Under the pieces are notes generated by a model that was not told where the DNA came from, searched no databases, and saw only the letters and a program-made list of their open reading frames with translations. Source: a virus. Taken from it: a stretch of 64,000 nucleotides of DNA. Within the stretch, counting starts at the first letter, position 1. Every line of letters starts with the position of its first letter. The translations under genes and the position numbers were made by a program. This document shows, piece after piece, positions 1 through 10,657 of this stretch. The DNA is taken from positions 5,344 to 69,343 of the IMG/VR virus record IMGVR_UViG_3300037247_001358; one strand, written 5' to 3'.

Positions 1-49
1 GCGCGCCCGGCTCGCCGAAGTCGGGAAGACGTTCTCCTTCTCCTACCAT
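1..49 (-). CDS. 5' end of a gene running off the window (possibly scaffold/capsid-region gene)
   Basis: ATG at 49 preceded by AAGGAGG SD and a consensus promoter; translation MVGEGERLPDFGEPGA; product is positional inference only. Confidence 0.55.
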   Translation of the reverse strand, partial: MVGEGERLPDFGEPGA

Positions 50-72
50 TCCTGTTCCTCCTTATCCGAACG

Positions 73-101
73 ATTCTACGCTCTGATCTGCTCCCTGTCA
101 A
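73..101 (-). promoter_or_regulatory. sigma70-type promoter TTGACA-17-TAGAAT
   Basis: Plus strand reads attcta (73-78) and tgtcaa (96-101), 17-bp spacer, upstream of strong SD. Confidence 0.8.
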
Positions 102-433
102 GAGAAGGACAAGAAGGCAGGAGCGGGCACTTCTGCTTTCTCGTCCTTGTGCTCCTCGATCCACCGAGCAGCCTCTAGGTACTTGTACCGCTCAACGATG
201 TCCTCGTACGGGTCACCTTCGGCCTCGTAGATGCGCCGCCCCTCACCATCGATCTCCTTGAATAGAAAGGCCCATAGGGTGATCCATTTGGGGGGGTCTT
301 CGGAGAAGGCGGCCCCTACCTTATCGGTGATGTGCTCGCCGAGCGTTATTTCAATACGGTCGTGGTGGGGCTCCTCCCGCTCCATAGGCCACTCGAAACC
401 TTTCCAGCGCAGAACAATCCTCGTCACAGTCAT
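98..433 (-). CDS. hypothetical protein
   Basis: 111-aa ORF with SD, directly downstream of the large virion gene. Confidence 0.7.
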   Translation of the reverse strand: MTVTRIVLRWKGFEWPMEREEPHHDRIEITLGEHITDKVGAAFSEDPPKWITLWAFLFKEIDGEGRRIYEAEGDPYEDIVERYKYLEAARWIEEHKDEKAEVPAPAFLSFS

Positions 434-443
434 AAGCTCTCTC

Positions 444-3400
444 CTACTCCGGCTCAGGGGTGGGTGCGTCCGCGACCGTGTACGGCTGCAAAAACCTAGA
501 GACGTCGGCGTCGGTCAGGGCGGTGTCGGCCTCGGCCAGGCCAACCTCCGCCATAAGCTTCTCCAGTTCCTCGCGCTCTTCATCGGTGAGTTGCTCGTCT
601 TCGTCGATGTCCTCCCGCCGGTTGATAGCGGCCATCATCTGGATATGGCTGAAGAGTGGGTCGCCGCTGGACTCAACGGGGTAGGGTTCGATGTCGATGA
701 TTTCCAGTGGGGGCAGACCAAGGAGGGCGTTGGCCTCGTCCAGTTCCGGCTTCATCATACGGGCGTAGTCGACCTGCGTCCTGTTGTCCCGAAGAGAGAA
801 GTAGGTACTCCAGAAGTCCTTGCGGCGCATGAGGGCGAAGCGCTGCTCCAGCGAGAGGTCGTCCAGATCCAACACCTCGACAGGGAAGTATTTCTGGATG
901 ACCGGCATACTGCGGAAGTAGGCGCTGATCGCCCCCCGCTCACGGCTGGTGAACGGTGAGCCCCGGCTGGTCAGGGAGAACCAGAGATCCTTGAGAGCGT
1001 CGGCGATCTCGAACTCCTGCTGTGCCTCCGTCTTCGGCCAGGCGAAGGTGGCGAGGAAGCGCTCAACGTCCCTGCGAGCGATCACCTCGCGGGCCTGCTT
1101 GTGCAACTGCTCGAGAGCGGTATCGCGCTCATCGGCGATCCGCTGGGCTTCGTCGAAGTCGTCCTTCTGGAAGGCGAGGTCGCGCTGGCGGGCGGCGACG
1201 ATGCGGATCTGCATGAACTGGGTCTCGATCTGCTGCCACATATCCTCGTAGGCGATGGTGTCGGTAACCGTCGGGAACTGGGAGAGGAACTCCTCACGGC
1301 GGAAGAGGAAGGCGTCGAAGTCCTCCCCCTCCCCACGCTCGATGTCGAACCAGGCGTTGCGGATCTCAGCGAGCGCGCGACCACGCGGGTTGCGGTTGAT
1401 CGAAATCTCCTTCGCCCGGAAGGGGAAGGCACGGTCAAGCTCCTCCCGCCGCGTCTCCTGCTCGTCGCGGATCGACCGCAACTCGTCCCGGAGGACGGCG
1501 AGTTGGTCACGTACGGGCTGGCTCTGGGTGAGTTCCTGCAACCGGCTGCGCTCGTTCTCCAGGTCCATGACAGCCTTCTCAAACGGCTTCTCAACGTACT
1601 TGTCGATCGACTGCCAGTAGAGTTCGGTGTCAACGGCCTTCTCGCGCTCCTCCGGGTCGGAGAGGCCGCGCACAGTGGCCGTGCGTAGCTCGAACTCGGG
1701 GTACTTCTTGAAGAACTCGTCGAGCTTGCCCCGACGGGAATACTCGCTATAGATGGCCTTGAGACCGAACCAGATCCTCTCCCCCTCGTTGACACCGACG
1801 ACGTCGCCGAAGGGGAAGCCGATCCAGTAGGTGAGGCGCCGGAGATTGGTCTCAGCCTGCGACGCCTTGACCGCCTTCTTCCACTCCGGCCCTGCCTGGG
1901 TGTCGAGGGCGATCCAGGCTTTCTCTAGCTGCTCCTCCTTAGAAGCACCAGGGATCAGCTCGCCCGTCGCCACCAGGGAGGCCATCGCCCGGTCGGCGCG
2001 CCAAGTGGTCCACTGATCCTCCTCCAGGCCCAAGAGGTCGCGCAGCCAGCCGGGAGAGAAGTGGCCCTTCTCCACATAGAGATTCTGCTCATCGGCAGGG
2101 ATGGCGTCGGTGTCACCAGTGAAGACGAAGCGGGCGGTGGCGCGGGCCAGCGGCGTCAGCGGTATCCCAAAGGGACCGCCGGACAGCACTGTGCTCCGCC
2201 AGGCATCCTTGTCGAGCAGCCCCGCGTGGCGGAAGGCGAACTTCTGGAACGGCCCGACGTTGAGCGGAGTGCTGTTCTGGAAGAAGTCCAGCACGCGCCC
2301 CGGTAGCGTATTGCGGCGGGCCTCATCATCGAACTGGTCACGCATGAAGGTCATCGGCCAAATAAAACGCATCGGGTCGATGAAGTAGATCGGCGCGAAG
2401 TCCCCACCCTCAAGGAGCTGCCCCACTCCCGGCATCTTCTGCAAGAACTCACCCAGACCCGGGAGAGGGATCGGGATGCGGTACTGGAGCCTCTGCGGGT
2501 AGCCGTACTGCTCCGTGAACTTCTGCGACTCGAACATGGCGATCATAATCGCCCCGAAAGCGCCGGGGGCGCGGGCGCCACGGATGGCCCAGTGGGCCAC
2601 GTCCCGCGTCGGCCAGAACTCGAAGGGGAAGACCGACTGAGCAATGCGGTCAATACCCCGCTGGTCGAGGTAGTTGAGCATGACGAAATCGGTCGCGGCT
2701 CGGGAGTTGGCAATCATGATGTCGCGCACCTCCGACCAGCCACGCTGCACGTCGCTGATGGTGGCGCGCATGGCGCGCACGGCCTCGCTCTCGACCTTCA
2801 GGTCGCCCCGCAGGAGCTTAGGGATGTCGTCCCGAAGGCTCTGCATGAAGAAGCCCTTGAACTCGTGGATCTCACTGGCGAGGACGCCGCTGGGATCCAT
2901 GAACTGCTGGGCAGCGGGGACGTCGTTCACGCCCAGACCGGCGATCTTCGCCTTGCGCGGCGCGCTCTGCTCATAGAGCTGGCGCACCTTCTCGCCGGCC
3001 ACACGCCAGGCATCGTCGTCCCCTATCTCCAGGGCCTCGCTGATAATCTTCCGGTGCTCGGCGAAGGTCTTCTTTACGTGCTCGCCGATCTTGGCGACGA
3101 TTTCGGCGTGGGCCTCGGAGGACTTGCGGACGGTATCGTCGACGAAGGAGAACATCTCGTCGAACGAAGCATCACGACGGGTGAGGTAACCATCCCAGAC
3201 GTCGCCGATCCGCACCGCCTGTACCTTCTTGCCCGTCGGCAGCGTGACCTGGGCCTTCGCCGGACGCATGTCTTCAGGAAGACGCTTCACTATCCCCGGT
3301 GGGACGATCGTATCCCTACTGACCCGCTCAACGCCCGCCTTCGCCAGGTCGTCGTAAACGGCCCGGATCGCGTCCAGCCGCTTGATATTCTCCGTAGTGG

Positions 3401-6269
3401 CGCTCTCAGCGACACGCGCCCACTGCCTCGAAGCGTACCAGGCGGTCTGCTCCTTGGGCGACCAGCCGGGCTTGACGATGCCGATGAACCTGTCAAGGAG
3501 CTGGACGTTGTCGGCAAGCTCCCTGCGGATGGCCTGGTCAGTGACGCGGAGTGCCCCAGCGTAGGTCGTCGGACCCCGTATCACCGACGGCTGGCGGGCC
3601 ATCTGACGGACGATGTCGGAGGGGACGTCGTAGTCTAGGGCGTAGGTCTCCAGCATCCGATCGATCTTCTTGAGCGCCCCGGCCATCGCCTCCCCCGTCC
3701 CAACCTTCTGCGCCTCGTCCAGGACAGGCATCACATCGGAGCTAATGAAGTCCATGATCGGCGCTAGGTCGTGGGTGGCGAAAAGCTCGACCTCCTGTCC
3801 CTCGTGCTTGAGTACCTCCCTGGCGAACCGGCGGCCATAGTCGTGCGGCGAGAGGACACCGGACGCCACACCCACCTCCATGCGGTCGAGCCGTCCCTGG
3901 AGAGCCGGGACGATAACCCCTCCAAGATCATCCATCCCCTCCGGCAGTGCCTTGCTACCGAAAAAGTAGAGGCCAATCTCGTCGGCGAAGGCATTCTCGG
4001 CAAGACGGATCTCCTTAGCGGTTCGACCAGCCTTCTCCATCACCCCACTCACAGGGGCGAACAGACCCCGGATCTTGCCGCCGGGGGCGAGGCCCATGTG
4101 GTACTGCCGCTGGAGCTGGCTCATAAAGGTCGCCCGGCGGAACGCCTTGTCCACCCTCCCGGCTATATGGACCGGTGCCATCACAGGATCCCAGAAGCGC
4201 CTGCGCTGCCCGATCTCCTTCGCCGGTTGCAGGCGGGCCTTCTGAATAAGCTGGAGGCTGTCCTCGAAGCCCTCCTGACCCGCCTCAAAGAGCGACCGGC
4301 TGAGAATATCGTGGGAGCCGGTAATGCGGGTGACGGTACGCTCGACATCGAGCGGCGTGATCCCCAAGGGCTTGAGCATCCTCTCCCAGACCTGTGGATA
4401 GCGCCCCCCACCCCTCATCACCGTCCCCGTCTCCAACCAGAGCGAACGGGCGGTGGCAGAGAAGCCCTCACGGGGGTGGAAGGCAGAACTCCACATCAGG
4501 CGGATGAAATTGCTCACTACGTTAAGCCAGATGAAGCCTGGGTTGTTGATAGTAACGGCCGCCGTCACCCCCTTGATCAGGCCAGCCATCGGGAAGTACC
4601 ACCGGGAGAGGAAGCGGCCGAACTTGGTAGCGTTCCAGAGGTCCCGCTGCGTCATCTCGGCAAAGGCGCGGGCCTTAGCGACGACGTACTCGGGGATCGC
4701 CTGCTCCAGGTCGGCGCGGGCGATCAGCGTCTCACCACGCGCCAGCGCCCCCCGGACATCGTCGACGGTAGCCTCGGCACGATAGAAACCCGCCTCCGCC
4801 CAGTCGTCGATCGTCGAACCGATCTCCTTCAGGGCGTCATCGAAGACATCCGATTGCTTCTCAGCAATGCGGGCACCGAAGTCGAGCATGTCGTCGTTGG
4901 TCTCGCGCAGACCAGGCAGATTCTCGCTGACCCAGCGGGTCGGTTTGCCGGTTTTGAAGGTCTCACCGATCTCGGAGATGCGCGCGGGCTCGCGGGCGAG
5001 GGCCGCCTTGATTGGCTTCAGGCGGCGCTCCAGCGTCACCGCCACCGAGTCGGCGAAGAGGTTGGCGGGCTTCTCGAAGAGGAGGCGTGAGATACCCTTC
5101 ACCGGCTCCGTCACCCTCTGCGCCGCATAGGACGCCTCTGGCATCCGCGTCAGCGCCTTGTAGCTCTCCAGCTTGAAGAGTCCTGTGATGCCACTCTTCG
5201 AGAAGGCGGCGCGGCGGCCAGTGGGCGTGAAGAGGCGAAGGAACCGGCTAAGAGGCGCTCCCCCCGTAACCGCCTTCAAGGGCACCGTCACGGGCTTGGC
5301 AACCCAGCCAATGGGGACGAAGTTGAGCGGATCCATAGCGACCCAGCCCAGCATATTAGCCAGGAAACCAGCGCCGCCCAGAGGGTTCTCTTGGAAGTAG
5401 CGCTCCAGCTCGGTAGCGGCCGCCTCGCCAGTAAGGCCGTCCGCCATGATGCGCTCGACCTCCCGCATTGCGTCGCGCTCATGCTGACGCTCCCAGTCCC
5501 AGAAGTTGAAGAGGCTGAAGTCCCACAGCCGCGTAGCGAAGGCTTGACGGAGGTAAGGATCAGGGATGGCGTTCTGGTAGTAGCCCTGGCCGATCACCTC
5601 CTCGATACGCTCGACGGTCTCACCAGTGAAGAGGCCGCTGAACGCATCCCAGGCGGTGCCAAACGGGTTGCCAACGATGTTGCGGAGGGCACTCTCGTCC
5701 TTCCCCATCTTGTTCAGATCACGCTCGACGAGATCCGCCACCAGTGTCTGAGGCTCGGTCAGCCGCATGTACTGCATGAAGACGGCGGGATCCTCGAGTT
5801 GCTCGGCCAGTTGCTGGTCAAGGACGAAGGTCGGGTCGAACGGGAAGTCCCCCACCGCCAGCCGGGCATCACTGTCTATCGAGAAGGGCAACCCCTGGAG
5901 AGGGCGCTGATCGATGGGAACGGCCTCCGGCGTGAGTTCCGCCATAAGCCTAGTAGTATAGGCTCCCTGCTCCTTGTAGTAATCGATCGCCTCCGCCCTC
6001 TTCCGTGCCACGTCGTCAATGCCAATAATCGCGTCGATGGCGTCGCGCGCCTGCGCGTCGGTGCGGATCTGAGACAGATCAACGCCCTCCGGCGCGAACG
6101 GATCACGACCGGTAAGGTTGAAGATATAGGGAAGGTTGGTAATGAGGTTGCGAAGACCTCGGCCGAAACCTCTCGCACGCTCGGGACCAAAGCGCAGCGA
6201 GGAGATCTGCTCGACCGCCTCCCCGCCAAAGTCGGTGGCCTTCTCAAAAGCCTTGCGGAAGAAGGACAT
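444..6269 (-). CDS. large putative internal virion / DNA ejection protein (1941 aa)
   Basis: Very long, helical-looking ORF downstream of portal in the virion operon, as typical for podovirus ejection proteins; no catalytic motif recognised. Confidence 0.6.
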   Translation of the reverse strand: MSFFRKAFEKATDFGGEAVEQISSLRFGPERARGFGRGLRNLITNLPYIFNLTGRDPFAPEGVDLSQIRTDAQARDAIDAIIGIDDVARKRAEAIDYYKEQGAYTTRLMAELTPEAVPIDQRPLQGLPFSIDSDARLAVGDFPFDPTFVLDQQLAEQLEDPAVFMQYMRLTEPQTLVADLVERDLNKMGKDESALRNIVGNPFGTAWDAFSGLFTGETVERIEEVIGQGYYQNAIPDPYLRQAFATRLWDFSLFNFWDWERQHERDAMREVERIMADGLTGEAAATELERYFQENPLGGAGFLANMLGWVAMDPLNFVPIGWVAKPVTVPLKAVTGGAPLSRFLRLFTPTGRRAAFSKSGITGLFKLESYKALTRMPEASYAAQRVTEPVKGISRLLFEKPANLFADSVAVTLERRLKPIKAALAREPARISEIGETFKTGKPTRWVSENLPGLRETNDDMLDFGARIAEKQSDVFDDALKEIGSTIDDWAEAGFYRAEATVDDVRGALARGETLIARADLEQAIPEYVVAKARAFAEMTQRDLWNATKFGRFLSRWYFPMAGLIKGVTAAVTINNPGFIWLNVVSNFIRLMWSSAFHPREGFSATARSLWLETGTVMRGGGRYPQVWERMLKPLGITPLDVERTVTRITGSHDILSRSLFEAGQEGFEDSLQLIQKARLQPAKEIGQRRRFWDPVMAPVHIAGRVDKAFRRATFMSQLQRQYHMGLAPGGKIRGLFAPVSGVMEKAGRTAKEIRLAENAFADEIGLYFFGSKALPEGMDDLGGVIVPALQGRLDRMEVGVASGVLSPHDYGRRFAREVLKHEGQEVELFATHDLAPIMDFISSDVMPVLDEAQKVGTGEAMAGALKKIDRMLETYALDYDVPSDIVRQMARQPSVIRGPTTYAGALRVTDQAIRRELADNVQLLDRFIGIVKPGWSPKEQTAWYASRQWARVAESATTENIKRLDAIRAVYDDLAKAGVERVSRDTIVPPGIVKRLPEDMRPAKAQVTLPTGKKVQAVRIGDVWDGYLTRRDASFDEMFSFVDDTVRKSSEAHAEIVAKIGEHVKKTFAEHRKIISEALEIGDDDAWRVAGEKVRQLYEQSAPRKAKIAGLGVNDVPAAQQFMDPSGVLASEIHEFKGFFMQSLRDDIPKLLRGDLKVESEAVRAMRATISDVQRGWSEVRDIMIANSRAATDFVMLNYLDQRGIDRIAQSVFPFEFWPTRDVAHWAIRGARAPGAFGAIMIAMFESQKFTEQYGYPQRLQYRIPIPLPGLGEFLQKMPGVGQLLEGGDFAPIYFIDPMRFIWPMTFMRDQFDDEARRNTLPGRVLDFFQNSTPLNVGPFQKFAFRHAGLLDKDAWRSTVLSGGPFGIPLTPLARATARFVFTGDTDAIPADEQNLYVEKGHFSPGWLRDLLGLEEDQWTTWRADRAMASLVATGELIPGASKEEQLEKAWIALDTQAGPEWKKAVKASQAETNLRRLTYWIGFPFGDVVGVNEGERIWFGLKAIYSEYSRRGKLDEFFKKYPEFELRTATVRGLSDPEEREKAVDTELYWQSIDKYVEKPFEKAVMDLENERSRLQELTQSQPVRDQLAVLRDELRSIRDEQETRREELDRAFPFRAKEISINRNPRGRALAEIRNAWFDIERGEGEDFDAFLFRREEFLSQFPTVTDTIAYEDMWQQIETQFMQIRIVAARQRDLAFQKDDFDEAQRIADERDTALEQLHKQAREVIARRDVERFLATFAWPKTEAQQEFEIADALKDLWFSLTSRGSPFTSRERGAISAYFRSMPVIQKYFPVEVLDLDDLSLEQRFALMRRKDFWSTYFSLRDNRTQVDYARMMKPELDEANALLGLPPLEIIDIEPYPVESSGDPLFSHIQMMAAINRREDIDEDEQLTDEEREELEKLMAEVGLAEADTALTDADVSRFLQPYTVADAPTPEPE

Positions 6270-6859
6270 TACGCCTCTCCAGGCGTAGTCGGCGCACCTA
6301 GCGCTGTCTCCGGGGCAGGGGGCTCAATCGCGGACTGGACAAGCGTCCCCAGCGAGGCGGTACGCATCATCCACCCCCGCAACTCCCTTTCTGTTGGTGG
6401 CCGGTTAAGTTGCCTCTCCACCTCGAGGCGGGCACGGAAGAGGGAGATCTCGCGTGGGGTGCCCTCACGCCCCGCAAGCCGGAAGAACTGGGTCTCGATT
6501 GGGCGCTCGGCGGCACCCAGCCGCTCGATGCGCTCACCAAGACGGTCAGCGGGGCTGGGACGGGTTGAGACACGCTCCACCGGACGCTCCTGTGGCCGGG
6601 GGGCGGCCCCCTGACCGCGCGCCTGCTGCTGTGTGACGAACTCCTGGATCTGTTGCAGCATCGCAGTGCGGTTCCCCCCACGCTGGGGCTGGGCCGGCTG
6701 CTGGGGAGGGGGAACCGGCTGGGGCTGCGTCCGCGTCGGTGCCTGCGGCGCGCCACGCTCGACGTCCATGCCGAGGTTCTTCCGCGCTGCCAGGAGTTGA
6801 CGCCGCTGCGCGCCCCGGTGGGCCAAGGTCGAGCCCCCACCACCTCCTCTGATCGTCAT
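6269..6859 (-). CDS. Arg/Gln/Pro-rich putative virion protein
   Basis: 196-aa ORF, stop/start overlap with neighbours. Confidence 0.65.
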   Translation of the reverse strand: MTIRGGGGGSTLAHRGAQRRQLLAARKNLGMDVERGAPQAPTRTQPQPVPPPQQPAQPQRGGNRTAMLQQIQEFVTQQQARGQGAAPRPQERPVERVSTRPSPADRLGERIERLGAAERPIETQFFRLAGREGTPREISLFRARLEVERQLNRPPTERELRGWMMRTASLGTLVQSAIEPPAPETALGAPTTPGEA

Positions 6860-7020
6860 CAGATATTCCTCCTAGGTTGATCCAGATCCGCCCGCCGCTT
6901 ACGCAGGGTGTGGAGCAGCTTGGCCGGATCGGTCTGGGGCTCCTGCTCCGGCGGAGGCTGTGGCCGGACGAAGATCCGCCGGACGAGGCGGTCGGCGCGG
7001 TCTGAAAGCAGTGGTGTCAT
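6859..7020 (-). CDS. small hypothetical protein (53 aa)
   Basis: MTPLLSDRADRLVRRIF...; fills the gap with overlaps at both ends; below ORF-track cut-off. Confidence 0.55.
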   Translation of the reverse strand: MTPLLSDRADRLVRRIFVRPQPPPEQEPQTDPAKLLHTLRKRRADLDQPRRNI

Positions 7021-7322
7021 CGCGGCACGTCATGTAGGCTACAGGCCAGGCGGTACGTGGAAGCGTTGTCACCTTCAGGTGTCACCGCCGCTACGATGGA
7101 GGCCCATTCTTCGGCGGGGATGAAGAACTCACTGCAAACCTCCTGTTCGCCGCTTGATGTCTTTTGCCCTATGGCAAGTGGGATATGCTCCTTACGGACA
7201 TAGCGGAGGCGCACACCCCCCAAGAGTTCGTGGTCAAGCTCCGTGACTCGTGCGAAATAGAAACCGTTCGCCCAGTGAAACTCCGGCCCCGTCGCCAACG
7301 GTCGTCCTGTCTGCTCGACCAT
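7017..7322 (-). CDS. hypothetical protein
   Basis: ATG at 7322 with GAGGAGGAG SD. Confidence 0.65.
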   Translation of the reverse strand: MVEQTGRPLATGPEFHWANGFYFARVTELDHELLGGVRLRYVRKEHIPLAIGQKTSSGEQEVCSEFFIPAEEWASIVAAVTPEGDNASTYRLACSLHDVPR

Positions 7323-7344
7323 TACTCCTCCTCTGGCTACTGTG

Positions 7345-7533
7345 TCATCCGGCCGCACTGAGCCTCTCTACATAGTCGCGGGCGACTCGGATCCGGACAT
7401 GTCCACCACACGGGCAGTAGAACCAAAGAGCGGTTGGCCCGTAGCCTGCCAGGTACAGTGGCTCATGCCCGAATAGGCGGTGCCAGAGTTTGCCCTTCTT
7501 CGGTTGCTTTGGCTCCTTTTTCTTGTGGCCCAT
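7345..7533 (-). CDS. small Cys-containing hypothetical protein
   Basis: 62-aa ORF with SD; CPCG motif. Confidence 0.55.
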   Translation of the reverse strand: MGHKKKEPKQPKKGKLWHRLFGHEPLYLAGYGPTALWFYCPCGGHVRIRVARDYVERLSAAG

Positions 7534-7556
7534 ACTCCATTCCTCCAGCTACTATA

Positions 7557-8642
7557 TCATCCTCCAAGCCTTCGTGGTGCGGACGGCAGGACAGCGCGGG
7601 TTCCCCCGGCCTGTTGGGGGGGCGCGCGGCCCTCTCCGGCGACGATGTTGGCCAGCGTCGATGCGGGGAACCTCTCACGCAGGAAATCCAGCGGGGAGGG
7701 GTCACTCACGACGCCAAGCCGGGGACGTCCGAAGATCTCTTCGATGGTGATTGTGGTAGAGAGCGACCGGAACTGCTCGCTCGTCGTCGTCTCCCTATGC
7801 TCTCGGAAGACCCTCTCGATCGTCTCGCGGATGTTCTCCGTGATGTCCTGCGGCTCCCCATCGGCCACGGAGCCCGTCAGGCGCTCGATGGTCGACTCGA
7901 TCAGCTCGTTCAGCTCAATGTCACTGATCCGCTCCTCCGTACCGACCCGCGTCGTCTCCTCCGTCACTATGCCGCCAAAGCGCTCACCGAGCCGCTCAAC
8001 GGCGCCCTCCAGACCAACTACCCTAGACGGAACTTCGCCTTCTCCAGCAATCGCCAGTTCGGCGAGACGGCCGATCTCGGCGAGATAAGGAGTAAGGAAC
8101 CGCTCAGGGTTCGCCAGCACGAAGGTATAAGTACCCACACTGATCTCCCCCTCCCGAAGAGCGGTATCGACCCAGGTCGACACGGCGGTCATAAAGTCGT
8201 CCAGCATCTCCTCCGGCGTCGGGATGTCAACAAACTCCGTCACACGGCGGCCGGTAGTAACGTCCTCCTCACCAGTGACCGTCTCGGTTACGGTGACCTG
8301 TTGCTCCTCAGTAGTGGTGCGGTTCTCCGTGATGTTGTTGAGAATGTTACGGGCACGCCCACTGTCGGCACCGCTCAGAGCGTCGATCAGGCCCTCCGTC
8401 AACCCGACAAGGAAGTCATTGACCGCCGAATCGGTTGTAGATCCAAACTCACGCTGCACCCCCTCGAAGATGGTCAAGAACGCTAGGGGATCTGCAGCCC
8501 GCTCCTCCTCCAGCCGCGCCTCAATCCCTCGAAGACGGTCAGCGGAGACCCCTTCAGGCTCGAACATGAGGCGGAGCAGTTGCAGGACAGTCTGGCGCCA
8601 CGCCTCAGTACCCGGATGCGGACGGCCACCCTCATGTGTCAT
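7557..8642 (-). CDS. acidic Thr/Glu-rich putative virion protein
   Basis: 361-aa ORF immediately after portal. Confidence 0.65.
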   Translation of the reverse strand: MTHEGGRPHPGTEAWRQTVLQLLRLMFEPEGVSADRLRGIEARLEEERAADPLAFLTIFEGVQREFGSTTDSAVNDFLVGLTEGLIDALSGADSGRARNILNNITENRTTTEEQQVTVTETVTGEEDVTTGRRVTEFVDIPTPEEMLDDFMTAVSTWVDTALREGEISVGTYTFVLANPERFLTPYLAEIGRLAELAIAGEGEVPSRVVGLEGAVERLGERFGGIVTEETTRVGTEERISDIELNELIESTIERLTGSVADGEPQDITENIRETIERVFREHRETTTSEQFRSLSTTITIEEIFGRPRLGVVSDPSPLDFLRERFPASTLANIVAGEGRAPPQQAGGTRAVLPSAPRRLGG

Positions 8643-8644
8643 CT

Positions 8645-10657
8645 CTACACGCCTGCTCTCTCGCCCATCGAACCGACCAGCTCCATGCCGCGCTGTCGCT
8701 CACCAGCCTGCTCAGCCTCGCCGCGCCGCTGCGTGCTCTCCGGCACACCCGTCTCCGGCCCCATCCCCGGAGCCGCCCCACCGCCGGGCACAGTACCGGT
8801 GATCTGCCGGAACTTGAGATCCTCGATCATGCGGGCGCGCATCCCGCTCTCGCGCATCCGGGCCGCCATCTCCTTCTCCCCGAAGCGCTCCAGCGCCTGG
8901 GCGATCTGCTCCAGCACCAGGACGGGGTCTTGGTTGGCGAGATCCTCCCAGATGAGGTCCATCTCACCCTGCGGGTCCTCCTTCTGGAGGATCGTCTCCA
9001 GGACAGTCGTGAGGGAGAGGATCGGTCGGCGCGGGTCAAGGGCCAAGCGGGCCATCTGGATACGGATGTGCATATCGTCGGGCAGCGCCGGCCGGAAGAC
9101 AGGACGGGCACGGTACTTACGGCCGCTCTCCATGTCGGCGACGGGGTCGAACTCGATGCTGAAGAAGGTGTTCTGCTTGAACGGCACCGAGACGCTGAAG
9201 GGCCGGAGTTCACGGGCGGCGAGCTGCATCTGGTTGAGCAGCGACGTTCCCATGCGCTGGCCGAACTGCTTGAGGCCGCTCATGTAAGGCTCCAGGGCGT
9301 TCAGGGCGGCGCTCGTCATCTGTGAGAACAAGATGCCTGACGCCAGGTCGCCCCCGCCCATCGGCATAGAGGCGCGCAGGATCGCCGAAAGGGTCCCCTG
9401 CTGCTGTTCTTGCCGAAGGATCTCCATCAGCCGGAAGGCGTCGGCGGTGATCGGTGTCGGCTCCAACCGCTCCACGCTCTCCTCCGGCCGGAGCGCTACG
9501 CGGCCCTCGATGTTCGGCGTGAACTTCGGCAGCTCGCCGGTCGGCGTCTTGAAGACCCAGGTACCGTAGGTACCGAGCGAGAAGTGCTGGAAAATAGTTG
9601 CGACTAGCTCGTTGTACTGGGGGATCTGCTCCTCGACGGCGGACAGGATAGAGCGGCCGCTCTCGGCGACCCAGGTGTTCCTCCCCTGCCAAAATCTGGT
9701 CTGCACACCGAGCAGGTCGGCGCGCTGCTGGAACTGGTAGGAGATGGGGTCGGGGATGGGAGGCTTGTACTTGATCGCCACGCCGTTGACCGGCACGCCG
9801 ATGATCGGCAGGGACTGCGGATCGTAGCCGTGCTTGTGGGCCGGGATCAGCCAGCGCGCGTCGGACAGGTTACCTCCCGTTTCGGGCGGCATGTAGTAGG
9901 TCGAGCCCGCCGGGTCCGGCGAGACCACCGCCAGGACACCGGTGATGCCTGGGCGGTCGCCGCGCTGGTTGGACCAGAACTCGATCTTCTCCGCCGGTTT
10001 GTTCGGGTCGAAGTTCCGCATGTCGCCGGTCATGTCCGCGTAGACCTCGGGGTAGATCGAGGCGAGGTCGCCCAGCGTTGTGAGCTGGCGGATGATGACC
10101 GACTCCAAGCCGAAGTTGTCGAAGTGCGGATAGACCGTGCGGGAGTCGTAGATGTCGGCGATGATCGGCGACTCGCGGTAGTCCAGCGCGGCGGTGGTGA
10201 CGTGGAACTTGCCCCAGATCCAGCCCCTGAGCAGGGCTTGGTAGGAGATCTGCTTCCAGAGGGGCAGCTCGCCGCGCATCGAGCACATCTCGTCGACGTC
10301 GATGACGACGCCCTGAAGGGTGCGCTCGATCTTCCCGATCTTGTCGCGCTCCTCCTTGTTCTCCGCCTCCATCTGGTTGAGATCGATGCGCCAAAAGGCG
10401 TCGTTGCGGGTCATGATCGAGACGGCGGTGTCGACGGCGGTGCGGGGCTCGTTGGAGATGAAGCGCCGGTAGCCCAGCGGCTTCATCTGCTGGATCTGAT
10501 CGAGCAGGAAGTACAGCGACGCCCAGTAGTCCATCCGCATGTGGAGCGGGCGCCAGTAGAGGCTGCCGAAGACGATCAGCGTAGAGATGCGCTCCTTCAT
10601 CGCCGCAGCCTCCAGCGGCGTCAGGAGGGCCTCTTCGCGGATCTGTAGATCAGCCAC
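8645..10657 (-). CDS. portal (head-tail connector) protein
   Basis: 670 aa, position just downstream of terminase, portal-like features (ALLRGWIWGKF, low-complexity C-terminal tail). Confidence 0.7.
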   Translation of the reverse strand: MADLQIREEALLTPLEAAAMKERISTLIVFGSLYWRPLHMRMDYWASLYFLLDQIQQMKPLGYRRFISNEPRTAVDTAVSIMTRNDAFWRIDLNQMEAENKEERDKIGKIERTLQGVVIDVDEMCSMRGELPLWKQISYQALLRGWIWGKFHVTTAALDYRESPIIADIYDSRTVYPHFDNFGLESVIIRQLTTLGDLASIYPEVYADMTGDMRNFDPNKPAEKIEFWSNQRGDRPGITGVLAVVSPDPAGSTYYMPPETGGNLSDARWLIPAHKHGYDPQSLPIIGVPVNGVAIKYKPPIPDPISYQFQQRADLLGVQTRFWQGRNTWVAESGRSILSAVEEQIPQYNELVATIFQHFSLGTYGTWVFKTPTGELPKFTPNIEGRVALRPEESVERLEPTPITADAFRLMEILRQEQQQGTLSAILRASMPMGGGDLASGILFSQMTSAALNALEPYMSGLKQFGQRMGTSLLNQMQLAARELRPFSVSVPFKQNTFFSIEFDPVADMESGRKYRARPVFRPALPDDMHIRIQMARLALDPRRPILSLTTVLETILQKEDPQGEMDLIWEDLANQDPVLVLEQIAQALERFGEKEMAARMRESGMRARMIEDLKFRQITGTVPGGGAAPGMGPETGVPESTQRRGEAEQAGERQRGMELVGSMGERAGV

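Noticed and set aside
444-6269. Virion RNA polymerase
   Set aside because: No DxDGD or T7-type polymerase motifs recognised by eye
231-6614. Long plus-strand ORFs antisense to the 1941-aa gene (e.g. 2592-3638, 3771-5090, 5391-6614)
   Set aside because: Shadow ORFs typical of high-GC coding DNA; no SD and no recognisable motifs
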